64,000 bases of DNA. It comes from Hypanus sabinus. Its lineage: Eukaryota. The notes beneath the pieces were generated by a model. It was not told the origin of the DNA. It ran no database searches and worked only from the letters and a program-made list of their open reading frames with translations. The position numbers were made by a program, and so were the translations under genes. The DNA lies in NCBI RefSeq assembly GCF_030144855.1, contig NC_082708.1:142414001-142478000 (forward strand), read 5' to 3'. Of the stretch, positions 40,350-53,445 are shown piece by piece; positions within the stretch are counted from its first letter, which is position 1; each line of letters starts with the position of its first letter.

Positions 40350-41936
40350 GTCAGAACAGTCCTCCGGTTACCTGAAACACAAAGAGAACTGGGCAAGTTG
40401 TTGAGCCCTGAAGTAGGACGTTTTGTGTGTTGTGATCTATCTTCCCCTATGATTGAAAACCAAGAGACCAGGCAATCTAGAGATGGCCTAATAATGGTCA
40501 AGGAATCAGTAAGTGATGCTGCTATTCCCGAAGATACCATTACCATTGCATCACAGCCTGAACCTTTGGACCCTGGGAGCCAAGAAGTTGCAAAGTTGAA
40601 CTTACTAAGCATACCTGAGCTTGTGGATTGCAATGGCAGTGATGCAGCCAGTTGTACACTACCAAAGACCCCTTGCAGCATGAAAGGAGAATCTGTGAGT
40701 GGAGACACAAATGCTGTGACTAAAGAAGTCATTGCAAACCTCAAAGCTGAAGTAGGAGAGCTTCAGGAAGAGAAAGCAGAGATGGATCGTCGCCTGCAGT
40801 GTGTGAACAATCAGTTACTCGATTCAACTGAAGAGAAAAGAAGATTGGAAGATGAATTATATGTTGCAGGGAGAGAAGTGAACCATTTGGCTCAGAAACT
40901 TGAGGCATTGACAAAAGGGAAGATACAAGAAGAAGAATCAATGAAAAACAACTTGAGAAAAGAAAATGAGGTTTTGGAGAAGAGAAATAAAGAGCTTCTA
41001 AATGAGATTACAAAACTGCAAACCAGCCAGCAAGCAATGGAAACAGAGTTTGAACAAAAGAGGGAAGAATATTTGCAGAAAATATCTCAATTGAAAGATG
41101 ACAAGAAGAAGATGGAGGACAAGTTTAATTGCATGCAGCAAGAAAATGCAGAGAAACTAATAGAGTGTCATCAAAGTATTGAAACATTGAGCACAGAAAA
41201 TGGGGAAATGAAGGGAAGATTATCAGAACTTAAAACCAAGGATAAAATTCTTAATAATATGGTGACAGAACTGAAAGAGAAAGTTGAAAAGATGATGAAA
41301 GAAAATGAACACCTGCTTAACAAAATTGACAAAATGAAGAGTGAGAAGACAAATACGGTTCACGAAACAATACATCACTTAACAAAAGAGAATGAACATC
41401 TTTTAGGAAAAGTCAGAGAACTGGAAAATGAACTGGAGAATTATTCCACTGCGAATACTGCAGCACAATATAAAATAAATCAAATAGAAAATGCAAATAC
41501 CAATTTGATGAATGTGAAAGAAAATTTAATCAAAGAATCAAAAGTGCAAGGAGAAGGTGAAATAAATGAAAAGCCAGATGAGTTACAGAAAATGTCATCA
41601 CAGCAAAGTGATGTTTTATTACAAGAAGCTACTGGCTGTGAGAATGACAGGAAGATAATGTTAAAAGCCAAGAAGAGGAGGGAAGTGGAACAAAGCAAGA
41701 ATTCGATGGAACACCATGTTGAATTTAATGATGTATTGTCTGAGACATCTACAGTGAAAATCACTGGAAGATCTAATGAATACAAAACCTTGTCATCCAA
41801 AGAGAATGCAGAAGATGAAAGTCCACTCAGTGATGAAACAAGAATTGATGTCGAAGCATTTTTGGAAGAGATTGAGATGGTGAATGATGAGGCTTTAAAA
41901 ACCATTAATTGTTCTGACATATCAAGTTATTGGGAA
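40350..41936 (+). CDS. C4orf50: C4orf50-like large coiled-coil exon G (1587 nt, phase 0-0)
   Basis: Acceptor ttgtcttaaccctag|GTC is in frame with the 521-aa ORF 40398-41963, which is an E/K/Q-rich heptad sequence. The donor GAA|gtattg is moderate, so the 3' boundary is less certain. Confidence 0.85.
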
Positions 41937-41956
41937 GTATTGTTAAGGGAGGAAGA

Positions 41957-43608
41957 GCCATAGAACACTACAGCACTGTGCAGGCCCTTCAGCCCTCCAT
42001 GTTGTGCCGACCCATATCAGTTCAGTTCAGTTTCAGTTTATTGTCATTTAGAAACCACAAATGCAATGCAGTTAAAACAATGAGACAACGTTCCTCCAGA
42101 ATGATATCACAAAAGCACATGACAAAACAGACTACACCAGAAAATCCACGTAACGTTTGGCAATCCCCAATCCAGAGTCCGGAGAGGCTGCTGTGTATTA
42201 ATATCGCGCTACCATCTTAGCGCGTTCCCCGGAAAGGAGCTCCAATCCACCAGACAAAACAAGACTACCCAGACACACCAAGTCAGGAGACCAACTCTAG
42301 CACCCAACAAACCAAACACTAAAGCTACAAGACCGGCACAAAAGCACATAGTTACAACAGTGCAAACAATAGCATAATTAATAAAAAAAACAGACCATGG
42401 GCACAGTAAAAATAGTCCTTTAAGAAAAGTACTAGACCCACAGTACCCCATAACCCTCTATTTTTCTTTCATCCATGTGTCTGTCCAAGAGGCTCTTAAA
42501 TACCCCTAATGTTTTAGCCTCCACCACCATTCCTGGCAAGTCATTCCAGGCACTCACAACCCTCTGTGTAAAAAAACTTACCCCTGATGTCTCCCCTAAA
42601 CATCCCTCCCTTAATTTTTGTACATATGCTTGCTATTAAAATACATTGCTATATTTTAATAGGTGTTTGCTATTGGTGCCCTGGGAAACAGGTACTGACT
42701 ATCCACCTTATCTATGCCTCTCATGATCTTGTAGACCTCTATCAAGTCCCCTCTCATCCTTCTATGCTCCAAAGAGAAAAGTCCCAGCTCTGCTAACCTT
42801 GCTTCATATGACTCGTTCTCCAACCCAGGCAACATCCTGGTAGATCTCCTCTGCATCCTCTTCATAGCTTCCACATCCTTCCTATAATGAGGTGACCAGA
42901 ATTGAACACAATACTCCAAGTGTCTTCTCACCAGAGATTTGTAGAGTTACAACATGACCTCTCTACTCTTGAACTCAATCCCCCTGTTAATGAAGCCTAG
43001 CATCCCATAGGCCTTCTTAGCTACCCTATCAAACTGTGCAGAGACCATGAGGGATGTATGGATTTGAACCCCAAGGTCCCTTTGTTCATCCACACTCTTA
43101 AGTAACTGACTATTAATCCTGTACTCAGTCTTCTGGTTTGTCCTTCCAAAATGCATCACCTCACACTTGTCCAGATTGAACTTCACCTGCCATTTTTCTG
43201 CCCAACTCTGCAGCCTGTCTATATCCTCTTGTAACCTTTGACAATCTGCAGCTCCATCCACAACTCCTCCAATCTTCGTGTCATCCGCAAACTTACTCAC
43301 TCATCCTTCTGCCTCTACATCCAGGTCATTTATAAAAATCACAAATGGCAGGGGTTCCAGGACAGATCCCTGCGGCACTCCACTAGTTACCGACCTCCAG
43401 GCAAAATACTTTCCTTCCACAACTACCCTCTGCTTTCTTCCTTTAAGCCAATTTTTTATCCAAACTGCCAAGGTTCCACTTATCCCATGCCTCATGACTT
43501 TCTGGATGAGTCTCTCATGAGGGATCTTGTCAAATGCTTTGCTAAAGTCCATGTAGACCACATCCACTGCCCTACCCTCATCAATTTCTTTTGTTACCTC
43601 TAACATTT
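41957..43608 (-). mobile_element. CR1 LINE RT fragment with 10-bp TSD
   Basis: [35 protein letters not shown] and HLEYCVQFWSPH; GGGAGGAAGA at both 41947-41956 and 43609-43618. Confidence 0.9.
42020..42417 (-). mobile_element. Short retroposon 3' end with (CTGAA)n-like tail nested in the CR1 3' UTR
   Basis: gttcagttcagtttcagtttattg is a minus-strand AATAAA plus tandem tail; the CR1 UTR resumes after 42417. Confidence 0.6.
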
Positions 43609-43856
43609 GGGAGGAAGACTTTATTAGATAAATAAGAAAGCTTAAAAGAATATTTTAAAATCAAATATCAATTGTTTTATTCTCATTATTCTACAAGTTA
43701 CATTTATTCTGCTGTATTAGTCTAATTTTTCTACCTATTTTAACAAAATATTAGCTTGATAGCAATGTATTTTAATAGGAATAATTTGCTATTTGGGTAA
43801 AGTGACACCTTTCCATTATAAATTGAAGTATTAATTAATCAATCCTGCACTTAAAG

Positions 43857-43949
43857 GAAGGAGACTCTTCCCCAGATGAGCTGCAGATGGGCTATGACAT
43901 TCTACCAAGCAAATCACAAGATGCTGATCAGTCAAGAACTGTCATCAAG
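43857..43949 (+). CDS. C4orf50: C4orf50-like exon H (93 nt, phase 0-0; EGDSSPDELQMGYDILPSKSQDADQSRTVIK)
   Basis: Acceptor cctgcacttaaag, donor AAG|gtaaat, followed by a 92-bp intron. Confidence 0.7.
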
Positions 43950-44041
43950 GTAAATTTTTATAAAACACTCAAGTAATGTCTTTACCTTCCATCACTTTAT
44001 TAATCTAGTGAATTTAGAAAAACAATTCTTTTAAATACCAG

Positions 44042-44149
44042 GCACAATTGACTAATGTGGAAGGGAAAAATCAATTTGAGGAACGATTTGTAAAAGCAGA
44101 ATTGGAGCTGAAGTCTAAACAAACTGAGCTGGATGAGACAAAAGCTAAG
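44042..44149 (+). CDS. C4orf50: C4orf50-like exon I (108 nt, phase 0-0; AQLTNVEGKNQFEERFVKAELELKSKQTELDETKAK)
   Basis: Acceptor ttcttttaaataccag, donor AAG|gtactt, coiled-coil peptide. Confidence 0.8.
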
Positions 44150-46812
44150 GTACTTCTATGCCTTTTACCAGCCTCCTCAATTTATGGATAAGGTGATTCT
44201 GAATGGACGCTCTGCACAGAATTTATTTTATCATTTATTCTTCTGCAGAAATTTGCTTGCAGCCACTTGCTCTAGATTTAGTTCCACTGAGAACAATAAC
44301 CTGTATTTGGTGGGTGACTTGTGACATCTCCTGTCAGAAGTTCAGAGATATTTCTAGCTTTTGAGGGGGAGCATTGGTAGCCAGTCAAAATTTCTTCAGC
44401 TGCCTTTGTGAGTTGTGCCTCCACCATGGTATGGAGTACTTGATCTTGGTAGATTTGCACTCGTAAGTTCAGCCATCATGTACAAAACTGGAGTGAGCAC
44501 ACGTGTCTTGTCACCATCCACAAATTCTGGGCTAATGGTTTATCTTGCTCCTGGGTATTTTTTGCTGCTATCCTAAAAAGTTAACCTTTCCTCTGTACCA
44601 ACAACACGGGTTGTCTCGGGAGGCAAGGCAATGGTTTATTTTCAAAAACTTTAAAAAGGAGGAAAATAATCCACTGAGTATCATAGGGTCAAATATGTCA
44701 TTAAGGTTGTAAACAGTTAACTTAGTTTCAGATTGTTGTGGGATAGACGGATGGAGTGGATGGATAGAAATAAATTTTATGACAGAGACAGACAATGGCT
44801 AAGATCTTCTCAGTATTTTGTTTAAAAATTGCTGCTCATTTAGTATTGGATATTGGTCAAGTATTCTGTCAGTGCAGTGCAGTGGTGTTAGTGGCGTATG
44901 GCCCTTGGTGTGTGGAATCTGATGGCTGACTAGCAGTTTGGTAATGAAGAACAGGGGAGATCCTTGCAATAGTTCTCTCAATGGAGATCTTTGGTGGGGA
45001 TGTGGCTTTTCAGGGAAAATGGCACAGGCTCAAAAAGGGGAGATGGTGCAAGTGATTTGTGGCTGCAGCTGGATAGTGGATGGTGAATGAGGAAAGTGGT
45101 ATGGTCACGTGTTAAAGGCACAGCAAGGGGAAACATGCCATATGAGTTTGCTGTGCAAAAGAATCACAGTATGTACATTGATATACCGCGCATAGATACA
45201 TTGCAGTAAAACACAGAACACTCAGGCATATCTGACGAGGAGAGGACAGAGGAGCGTTACATAGTACCAAGAGGGAAGCTGGATAGCTGATACTTATACC
45301 ACATATACCTGTAGATACATTGCAGTAATGCACAGAATGCTCAGGGGTCACTCTGTTCCCGTGATGAAAGCATACCTGAAGAAGAGGCTGTTGCTGAGGA
45401 CACTTACACAGGTACCAAGAGGGAAGCTGGATAGGTGATACTCCAGTGGGAGTAAGCTGAGGAAGTAGGAGTTGAGCGTTATTGATAAAGGGAGCATGAA
45501 CAGTGTTTAGAGAGAAACTGGAGAAGGGCGTGCCTAACACTAGGGTATGGGGACATTACTTTAGCCCAGGGGGTCAGATATAGAGATGAAGCAGCAGAAG
45601 AAATTGCCAAGTAGTTTCATTCTCAGTGGCAAAGTCCACAAGATGCTTGCATGTTGGAACTGAGGATGGGGAAGCTTGGATTTAAGTCTGTATTCAGTAA
45701 AAGGTTGCTGGTTTATCTCTGGATTCTGCACTGTTACTGGAACACCCAGCTGCTTCATCAGATTAGACCAGGGCTTCACATGGCCCAGCCATATCTACTG
45801 ATGAATGTGTAGAATGATTATCCAGCATATTTATTCCAGATTGTATCCCTTGCATTTATAAAAACACAGATGGGCTGCATCATGTGGCATGGCTGAAGTG
45901 AGAAAGAGCACATGTATACTGGCAGTGAATGTGTGACTGAACTGCAGCCAGCTTCTAATTAAAACCCACTGGAAAGTTTGCATGGCCCCTTCTTTCAAAT
46001 GCAACCTCAGGTGTCTTTCCTTTTGCTTCTGCAAAACTAGTAATCTGTGCTGTCACTTTGGCTCTGGAATACTTTGCAGGCTTCTTCTCTCCTCCTGGCT
46101 GCTGAAAGCCTTTCACAAAAAAACAAGCTCTTGGGCAACTCAGTGATGGAGTTTGTCTGGCAATACTTCACCGATGAGCTGTGAAAGTTTTACTATATTG
46201 ACAACAGTAATATATACAAATAAAAATATATTTAAATGTTGTATACCTGAATCTATGCACCAAATACTAGAAGAGTCTTCATTTATTGGAGGCATCCCAG
46301 TTGAGACTAACTTTATGCTCTCCTGATATCTGTATGTGTGTGAATTCCAACAGGAGTTGTCGAATACCAGCGGTGAGTGTGATTGCATAGGATATGGTTT
46401 CTTAGCTGATTCTCCTGCTCCACATTTTATCATTTTTACATTTCACTCTACAAACCTGGGACATCTTGGTTTTTAAGGCTTAGTGAGACGTGAGACCTCA
46501 TCATTACCAACAGAACCATTGGCAAGGACCAGGAGGGAGAAAGTAGCTCATCATATGTAGTTTTGTATGCCAGAACACCAAGAGTCATTAGGGCAGGTGG
46601 ATCATCCTGTAGCATATGGACATTGCAAATGGTGCTGTTGAAATATGATTGGTATGAAGAATTTTATAATTTTTTTGTGGTCCGGCACATTAATCCTCGT
46701 TCACATATTTATTACTCTGAAATATAAAAAGCAAAAGAGAAAATATCTTGCCACATAGTACACACAGTAAATTTTGAGCTGAAGCAGAAATGTCTTCTGT
46801 GGTTGGTTCCAG

Positions 46813-46965
46813 GCCCAGAAATGGCATTCAGAGGCAGGGTTGGCAGAAGATAGATCTGAAAAGATCAAGCAAGACCTAACGCAAATTGTAATTGAGATGG
46901 AAAAGCTGCATAGAACCACAGAAGAACAAGGACCTCTGCAAATGCAAACTAAACTTATGGAAGAG
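46813..46965 (+). CDS. C4orf50: C4orf50-like exon J (153 nt, phase 0-0; AQKWHSEAGLAEDRSEKIKQDLTQIVIEMEKL...)
   Basis: Acceptor ttggttccag, donor GAG|gtaata. AQKW..E.G.AE.R resembles a motif I recall from tetrapod C4orf50. Confidence 0.8.
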
Positions 46966-47969
46966 GTAATACAAAATGGTTCATCTGTCAGTGAAGAAGT
47001 TCCTTCTACTGTTGCAACCTCTCTGAAGGTGGCTAGAAGATCAATTTACATGAACCATATTCCTATCTTAAAGGAAAGTCTTGGCCTTCATTTTAAAATA
47101 TATTCTGACAAGTTGTGAATTATATTATGGCCGCAATTAAATCTTTATGCGAGATAGATTGAGCCTTGGATTCTCACTTACAATTCTAAATGAGAAAAGA
47201 GTTTTGCCTCAAAATTGGATAGTGTGTACTATATTTCCATATACGATGAAATTTAATTTTGATGAAGTATTAAGCTGAAAAAGAAAACTTGCTGTGCTTA
47301 GCTGCAATAGTCTTTTCAGATTATGCATTTGACTTGCTAACACTTGGAGGACTCAGACATGTTTTGTACTTCATTGCAAACAATTTCATTTTACCTCAGT
47401 GGAACATGATATTGGATGACACTTATAGTTGTTTGCCCATTGCAATCAGTTCAATCAGGATGTCAACGGTTAAACCCAGGGGGATTTATCATGAGGCCTT
47501 CATAGTCTTGACATTCACATAGTTCAGTAGATTGCAATTCCGCAACAAACTGTGTAATTACTTTTTGTGCTATTCATTAATGCATATTTCTAGATTGAAC
47601 TACAGAAAGAGGGAAATAGTTTTATAAGGTATTACATTTGCTAATAACTAAGGTTTAATTTAAAAAATGCTAATAATCTCCCACTATCGTTTATTAAAAT
47701 GCAGGCGCCTGCTGTTTCCCACATTTAAGTCCCAGTTACTGTTGCAATAGTGCCCTCTATAGGGGACAAGTTCATTAGCAGCTGTGGGATATTCCAGTGC
47801 CTTTGTCAGGTGTAGGTTTCAATGTACTTCACACATTAAAATCCAGATTCATAGTTCACATTTTAAGTGCTGTTTGTAAAAACATGAGCAATAGAAACAT
47901 GAGTAGGTTATTGGGTCCCTCACACCCTGCTGCATCATTGTGGCTGATCTTTACTGGAGTGTCTTTTTA

Positions 47970-48415
47970 AGATGAGATAAAATCTTATTTATCCCAAAGG
48001 ACATTATTGTTGCAAGATTGCTCAGTCAGAAATATATACCTTAAAATACAAAATGTACATTAAAATTAATATTGCAAAATACAGATGTGCAATGAAACCA
48101 TATACTTAGGGAGGAGAAGGTGTAGAATCTTGTAGCCACAGGCATTCAGGGGTGCACCATGGTAGAACCAGTCTGTTACTAAAGGTGCTTTCTGTTTGTC
48201 CAGTATGTCATGGACAGGGTGAGAGGAATTGTCCATAATGCTCCGTAGCTTCTGCAGCATCTTCCTCTCAAGCACAGCCACCAGGGAATCTATCTCCACC
48301 CCAAGAATGGAACCAGCCTTCATGATGAGGTTATCGATCTTCCTGGCGTCAGCTGCTCTCACCCTACTGCCCCAGCAGACTAAAGCGTAGAATACAATGC
48401 AAGCCTCCACTGAGT
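47970..48415 (-). mobile_element. Rex1 LINE 3' fragment (same subfamily as 29840-30768)
   Basis: VCWGSRVRAADARKIDNLIMKAGSILG, nearly identical to the 30.3 kb copy. Confidence 0.8.
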
Positions 48416-49884
48416 CATTTATCTGCACAAATCCCATATCATATTGTTGCCTTCAAATTTCTGCCACTCTCTACTATCTCTGTGACAGCAAAATAAATAT
48501 CTAATGCATTCAGATTAGAGAAATACAAAAGTAGCTTGAAGAGAAATTAAAGACATACATTCATATTTCTTTGTGGTGAGGAAATAGGCCATTTGGTCCA
48601 TTTTGCCTATACCAGCTTTTGAAAAAAATTCCTACCAACCTCATTTCTCCAGTTATTTCCCTGTAAATTAGCATCCTCTGATTGTCCTCCAACCCACCTA
48701 CAGAGTCAATTAACAAATCAAATGGCATCTCTTTGGGATGTGGGGGAACTGGAGCACCTGGATGAAACTGACAATATCACAAGGAGAACAGGGACAGAAA
48801 ACACTGGAGGTTAGGATCGAACTCAGAATGCTGAACCTCTGAGGCAGCAGGTATACCTGCAGGACTGCTCTGTCACAGTTTGAGGGTAGATTTCAGACTG
48901 TAACAGTATTTATAGCATCTAAACGTTAATCTGAAATATATTTTATTACTTATTAATTTATTTGTGGTAATATTATGTTATGTGTTGTGTTTGAGTTAGA
49001 TGTATGGTGTTATCCTCTGTGGTCTGGAGAAACATTGTTCGTTTGGTGATCTTATGTCTATATGGCTGAATGACAATAAACTCAAACTTGACCTCTGAAT
49101 ATTCTCATGTCAGCAGAGGTTTTCACAATTGTTAAGTACTTATAGATTATTGTATTGATAAAAGGCATATTTTCAAGAAAACTATTTGCTCACTTTCCAC
49201 TTTCAGTTGACAAGAACAATTAATCACTAATTCTGATTTGGTGTCTCTTTAAAAATAACTTAACCTAAAATTGGATTGGTCTGTTTATCTCCATTTAATT
49301 CAAGCATGTCTTGGCATGGTTGGTTCCTCTTCTCAGGCAGGTGAGAATGCAGATTCCACTCTCAGGCATTTTCCAGTAACATGGTGTGCCAGCCCTTACA
49401 TGTTACACAAGAGCAGTTTTTTTAACAGTTAGTCTCTCTTGTAAATCTTTCCTCCCTTGTGAGCAAGACATTTGCCTCCATATTTCAGCTGAAATCACTG
49501 GCAACCATTTCCACTTTATAATGCTTTTTAATACTAACATACAGATATGACTATAAGACCATAAGATATAGGAGCAGAAGTGGGCCATTCAGCCCATCGA
49601 GTCTGCTCCACCATTAAATCATGGGCTGATCCAATTCTTCCAGTCATCCCCACTCCCCTGCCTTCACCCCATACCCGGACTGCAAAAGAAATGGAGAATG
49701 CAACAAAACCTGCCTTCCTCCCACCCACCTTAATAACTAGTAAGAAGAAGCATCAGCTTAATGTTTGAAATCCTCAATATTGTCAGTCCATGTATTATAA
49801 ACTGTCAAATCATTTGATTTCTTTATGCCACACACATCATTCAGTTTGTTTTCTATTTGATGGCTACTGTGCTACCTGTCAGTT

Positions 49885-49980
49885 ATATTGGGGAACCATT
49901 TCGTCAAACACCTCTGCTCTGTCGGCTAAAAGCTGAACTTTCCGATGGCCAAACATCTTAACTCTGATTCCCATTCCTGC
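49885..49980 (+). mobile_element. Penelope GIY-YIG C-terminal fragment
   Basis: GNHFVKHLCSV...FPMAKHLNSDSHS. Confidence 0.5.
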
Positions 49981-50159
49981 ACGTTATCACAAGAGGAGAC
50001 CATGAACCGACATGTCGGAACAGGAATATCAAATCTTTATGTTTTTTCCACACTACAATCCAATTAGCCAGTATGGACAAATTAAGGAACAGCAAGCACT
50101 TGTGTTTTTAAAAAAGCAAACAGCCATAAAACACGTCTGATTACTAGTAATACTTAGTT

Positions 50160-50760
50160 AAGCCCTTCATCTCTGTGGCGGCCTAGGCTGCCGACAGCAG
50201 TTCGCCAGAGTCGTCCGTTCTGGGCCAGTGCTTCAAGTTGTCCCAGATGTAACCTGCATTCTTGCTGTCAGCTTCAAAGTTGCATTGCCAGGTGTGATTC
50301 GGTCGGCTGCTCTTCTGTTTCCCCTGGGGATTCCATTTTACTGCTTGCCTGGTGATGTCGGTACTTGGCTTATGCAGCATGTATCCTGTCCATCCCCATC
50401 TTTTCTTTAGTTCTTCTGCTGGTCTGCCATAGATCGGTGTTGCTGATGGCTTCTGGCCAGTGGATCCAGAGGACTTTTCTCAGATAACTATAAATCTCTG
50501 CACTTTCCTGTCCTCCGATTCACAATGGAGTTGAACAGCCTTGGTGTGCTGTGACTGCTCCTTGGAGCACCAGATGTTCCTGAACTGGGTAAAGGCTGCC
50601 TAGCTTTTGCCAGTCTTTGCCTTGACACCCACATTGGTGCCACCCTATCTGACAATGACACTACCCAGACAGACAAAGGCTTCTACCTCCCCCACTAATA
50701 CTGTCTTTCCACTTTCATACATGGTCTTTACATTCTGTGCTCTAGTAGTGGTGGTCCTGG
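50160..50760 (-). mobile_element. RTE-clade LINE 3' fragment, a second distinct family
   Basis: LRKVLWIHWPEAISNTDLW...LHKPSTDITRQAVKWNPQGKQKSSRPNHTW, matching the WNPQGKRKRGRP motif. Confidence 0.75.
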
Positions 50761-51778
50761 ATGATAAAATGTCGATTTGCCCTGTGACTTCCACAGACTT
50801 GCTGCTTTCATTACACAAGTTCACTTGTCTTCTAGGCGAAGACTCTTTCTCTCCCAGGGATCAAGTTTTTGGAGCTCCTGTTGGCATTTCAGTAGCTCTG
50901 GGAAGAGGTTGCTAGGCCCACGTCCTACCCTCCTCCTTTCTCGGCCAGGCTTGGGACTGTTCATAGCAGAACTAATCATTAGCAAAAAAAGATGTATTTA
51001 CATCATGGCTGCAGTTATGAGACAATTCATCCTGTAGAGGGAGCCACAAGGCCATTTTATGCACACGGACATAGAACAAATACTGTACATCCCTTGCATT
51101 ATATTGTATGTGCTTACCTTGTTGAAATGTATGTTTGTGCTTCATTGTGGTTGTGTAATTTGAGTGTGTGTGTGTGAGAGAGAGAGAGGACTGACTGTGT
51201 ATGTATTTGTAGTCCTTCTCCTGAAGTAAACTTCCCAGTCTGATTTTGACCATAAAACATGCAGTTGTTGAATGGTGAGACTATGGTTCATACCTATAAA
51301 CAAAAAAAGTGGATTTTTAAAATTAAATTGCATTAAAATGCACAATGACCTTTCAATGAATAGTTCAGTTCCAGGAATCTTTAATATTTGGTTAGAGATA
51401 ATCTAAATCTGTGTCTCATTCTTCAATATCTTTGCTTCCATTTTTAAACATTTGTGTAGATCAACTGTGGGTATCATTGGGAGAATGTGAATTTGTAATG
51501 TCACCTCAATAGACTTGTATTGTGAACTCATTATTTTGGCATAACCTAGAGTGCTTGCCATATGTGTCACTGTGGTCACTTCTGGATCACAATTTCAATA
51601 TGAAATTCAAGGCAGTTGAATTACTATCAAAGAAAATGTCTGTTTCAACAAGGAAGCCTTTCTGTACAGTGTTTTGTGATTAATTGGGAAACAGTGAAGG
51701 GGAAGACTGAGAATAATGCTTATTGCCAGTAAAGAAAAGGATGCAAGTTTCAACTCTAAATTGTCTACCCCCTTTCAG

Positions 51779-51955
51779 AGTGTTCCAGTGAAATCTATTG
51801 GCCAAAAAGCAGACTTCAGCTCAATTGACATTACAACTCTTCAGCAGCAGATTGTGACATTGAATTCCCAGCTTAAAGATCAGATTGCTTTGGAGAGGAA
51901 GCTTCAGGAATTGCAGTTTAAACTGGAACTCCTTCAGAACCAGCTTGACATAAAG
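51779..51955 (+). CDS. C4orf50: C4orf50-like exon K (177 nt, phase 0-0), start of the DUF4527-like region (ITTLQQQIVTLNSQLKDQ...)
   Basis: Acceptor ttgtctaccccctttcag, donor AAG|gtattc. LQQQIVTLNSQLKDQ matches the recalled DUF4527 motif LHRQVLTLQCQLRDQ. Confidence 0.85.
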
Positions 51956-52068
51956 GTATTCATGCCTAGAATGGGAGAGACTCTGCAGATGCTCGAAATC
52001 CGGAGTAACATACACAAAATGCTGGAGAGACTCAGCAGGTCAGGCAGCATATATAGAAAGAAATAAAC

Positions 52069-52104
52069 AGTCAACATTTTGGGCTAAGACCCTTCATCAG
52101 GACT
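52069..52104 (-). ncRNA. Decayed Penelope-type hammerhead motif
   Basis: Minus strand AGTC-CTGATGA-A-GGGTCTTAGCCC-AAAA-TGTT-GACT; the GAAA box appears lost through CpG decay. Confidence 0.5.
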
Positions 52105-52854
52105 CAACCTAATGTAGATAGTCCCAATTATGAGTGACTGATGTTAAGTTTTTGTCCTCAAGTATATTATGCATCATCTAATATTAAAAGAAGTCCAAAA
52201 AGATTTACGGTAATATAACGTTAATTGAACACTTGTGCGAAGAGACTCCATGTTCCAGTATCTACAGTGTCTTTTTGCACTCTATACCAAGAAATTATAT
52301 TTTTCCCTATTTTGGTGACTGATGGACACAGACTAAAGTAATGTAGTTATTTCCTTGTGGGGCAATAATGTGATGTTCTCCTCACAACTACAGAAGCTCC
52401 ACCTTGGAATTAATTATTCTGCTTCTTTGACCAACAGTTGCAACATCTTTTCATTCACTCTGCAATTTCCCATTGGTGATAATCACTCCAATTTCCTGAT
52501 GTCTAATCAGGTGTGTTTCCACCTGGTCAATTTGTCCTTCGTAGTCATGGTCCCTTGATCCTAAACTAACTTAAGGGATTGATCTGGGATTCTTATTGTT
52601 AATTACTTCCTCATTTAGAACAGTGCAAAAGAAAAGTACTATTCATCTAGCTTCTTTCTTACCCTTCAGTCTTCCACTTCAACAAATGAAGAACGTCTGA
52701 AAGAAAGATATAATTGTTAGCTGGGAATCATGGCAAGCCATTTGGACACAATGATACTCAGCAAACAGAAACAGATAAGGTGTCCTTAATTATATTGAAT
52801 GATAAATATTGGATGACCCTGTTCCTTTAATAAGTATCAAGAGACCTTATGCAA

Positions 52855-53445
52855 TGAGAGAGAATCTGCAGATGCTGGAAATCTAAGCAACACACACAAA
52901 ATGCTGGAGGAACTCAGCAGGCCAGACAGCATTATGGAAAAAAGTACAGTTGACGCTTTGGGCTGAGACCCTTCAGCAAGGACTGGAGAAAAAAAGATGA
53001 GGAGTGGAATTAAAAGGTGGGTGGAGGGGAAAGCAAAACACAAGGTGATAGGTAAAACCGTGAGTGGGAGAGGTGAAGTAAAGAGCTGGGAAGTTGATTG
53101 GTGAAATAAATACAGGGCTGGAGAAGGGGGCATCTAACAGGAGAGGACAGAAGGCCATGGAAGAAAGAACAGGGGGAGGAGCACCAGAGGGAGATGATGG
53201 GTGGGCAAGGAGATAAGGTGAGGGAGGGAAAAGGAGATGGGAAATGGTGAAGGGGGGGTGGGGGCATTAGCAGAGGTTCGACAAATCAATGTTCATGACA
53301 TCAAGTTGGAGGCTACCCAGAGAGAATATAAGGTGTTGTTCCTCCAACCTGAGTGTGGCTTCATTATGACAGTAGAGGAGGCCATGGATAGACATAGGAA
53401 TAGTGAAGTGGAATTAAAATGGGTGGCCCCTGGGAGATCCCACTT
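52855..53445 (-). mobile_element. Penelope-like retroelement 3' part (GIY-YIG C-terminus, pyrimidine-rich UTR, terminal repeat)
   Basis: Minus strand ATHFNSTS...SIHGLLYCHNEATLRLEEQHLIFSLGSLQLDVMNID, followed by the same terminal sequence as the fold-back elements. Confidence 0.8.

Noticed and set aside
51956-52066. ORF-track extension of exon K (VFMPRMGETLQMLEIRS...)
   Set aside because: It runs past a good donor site into a Penelope terminal-repeat remnant.
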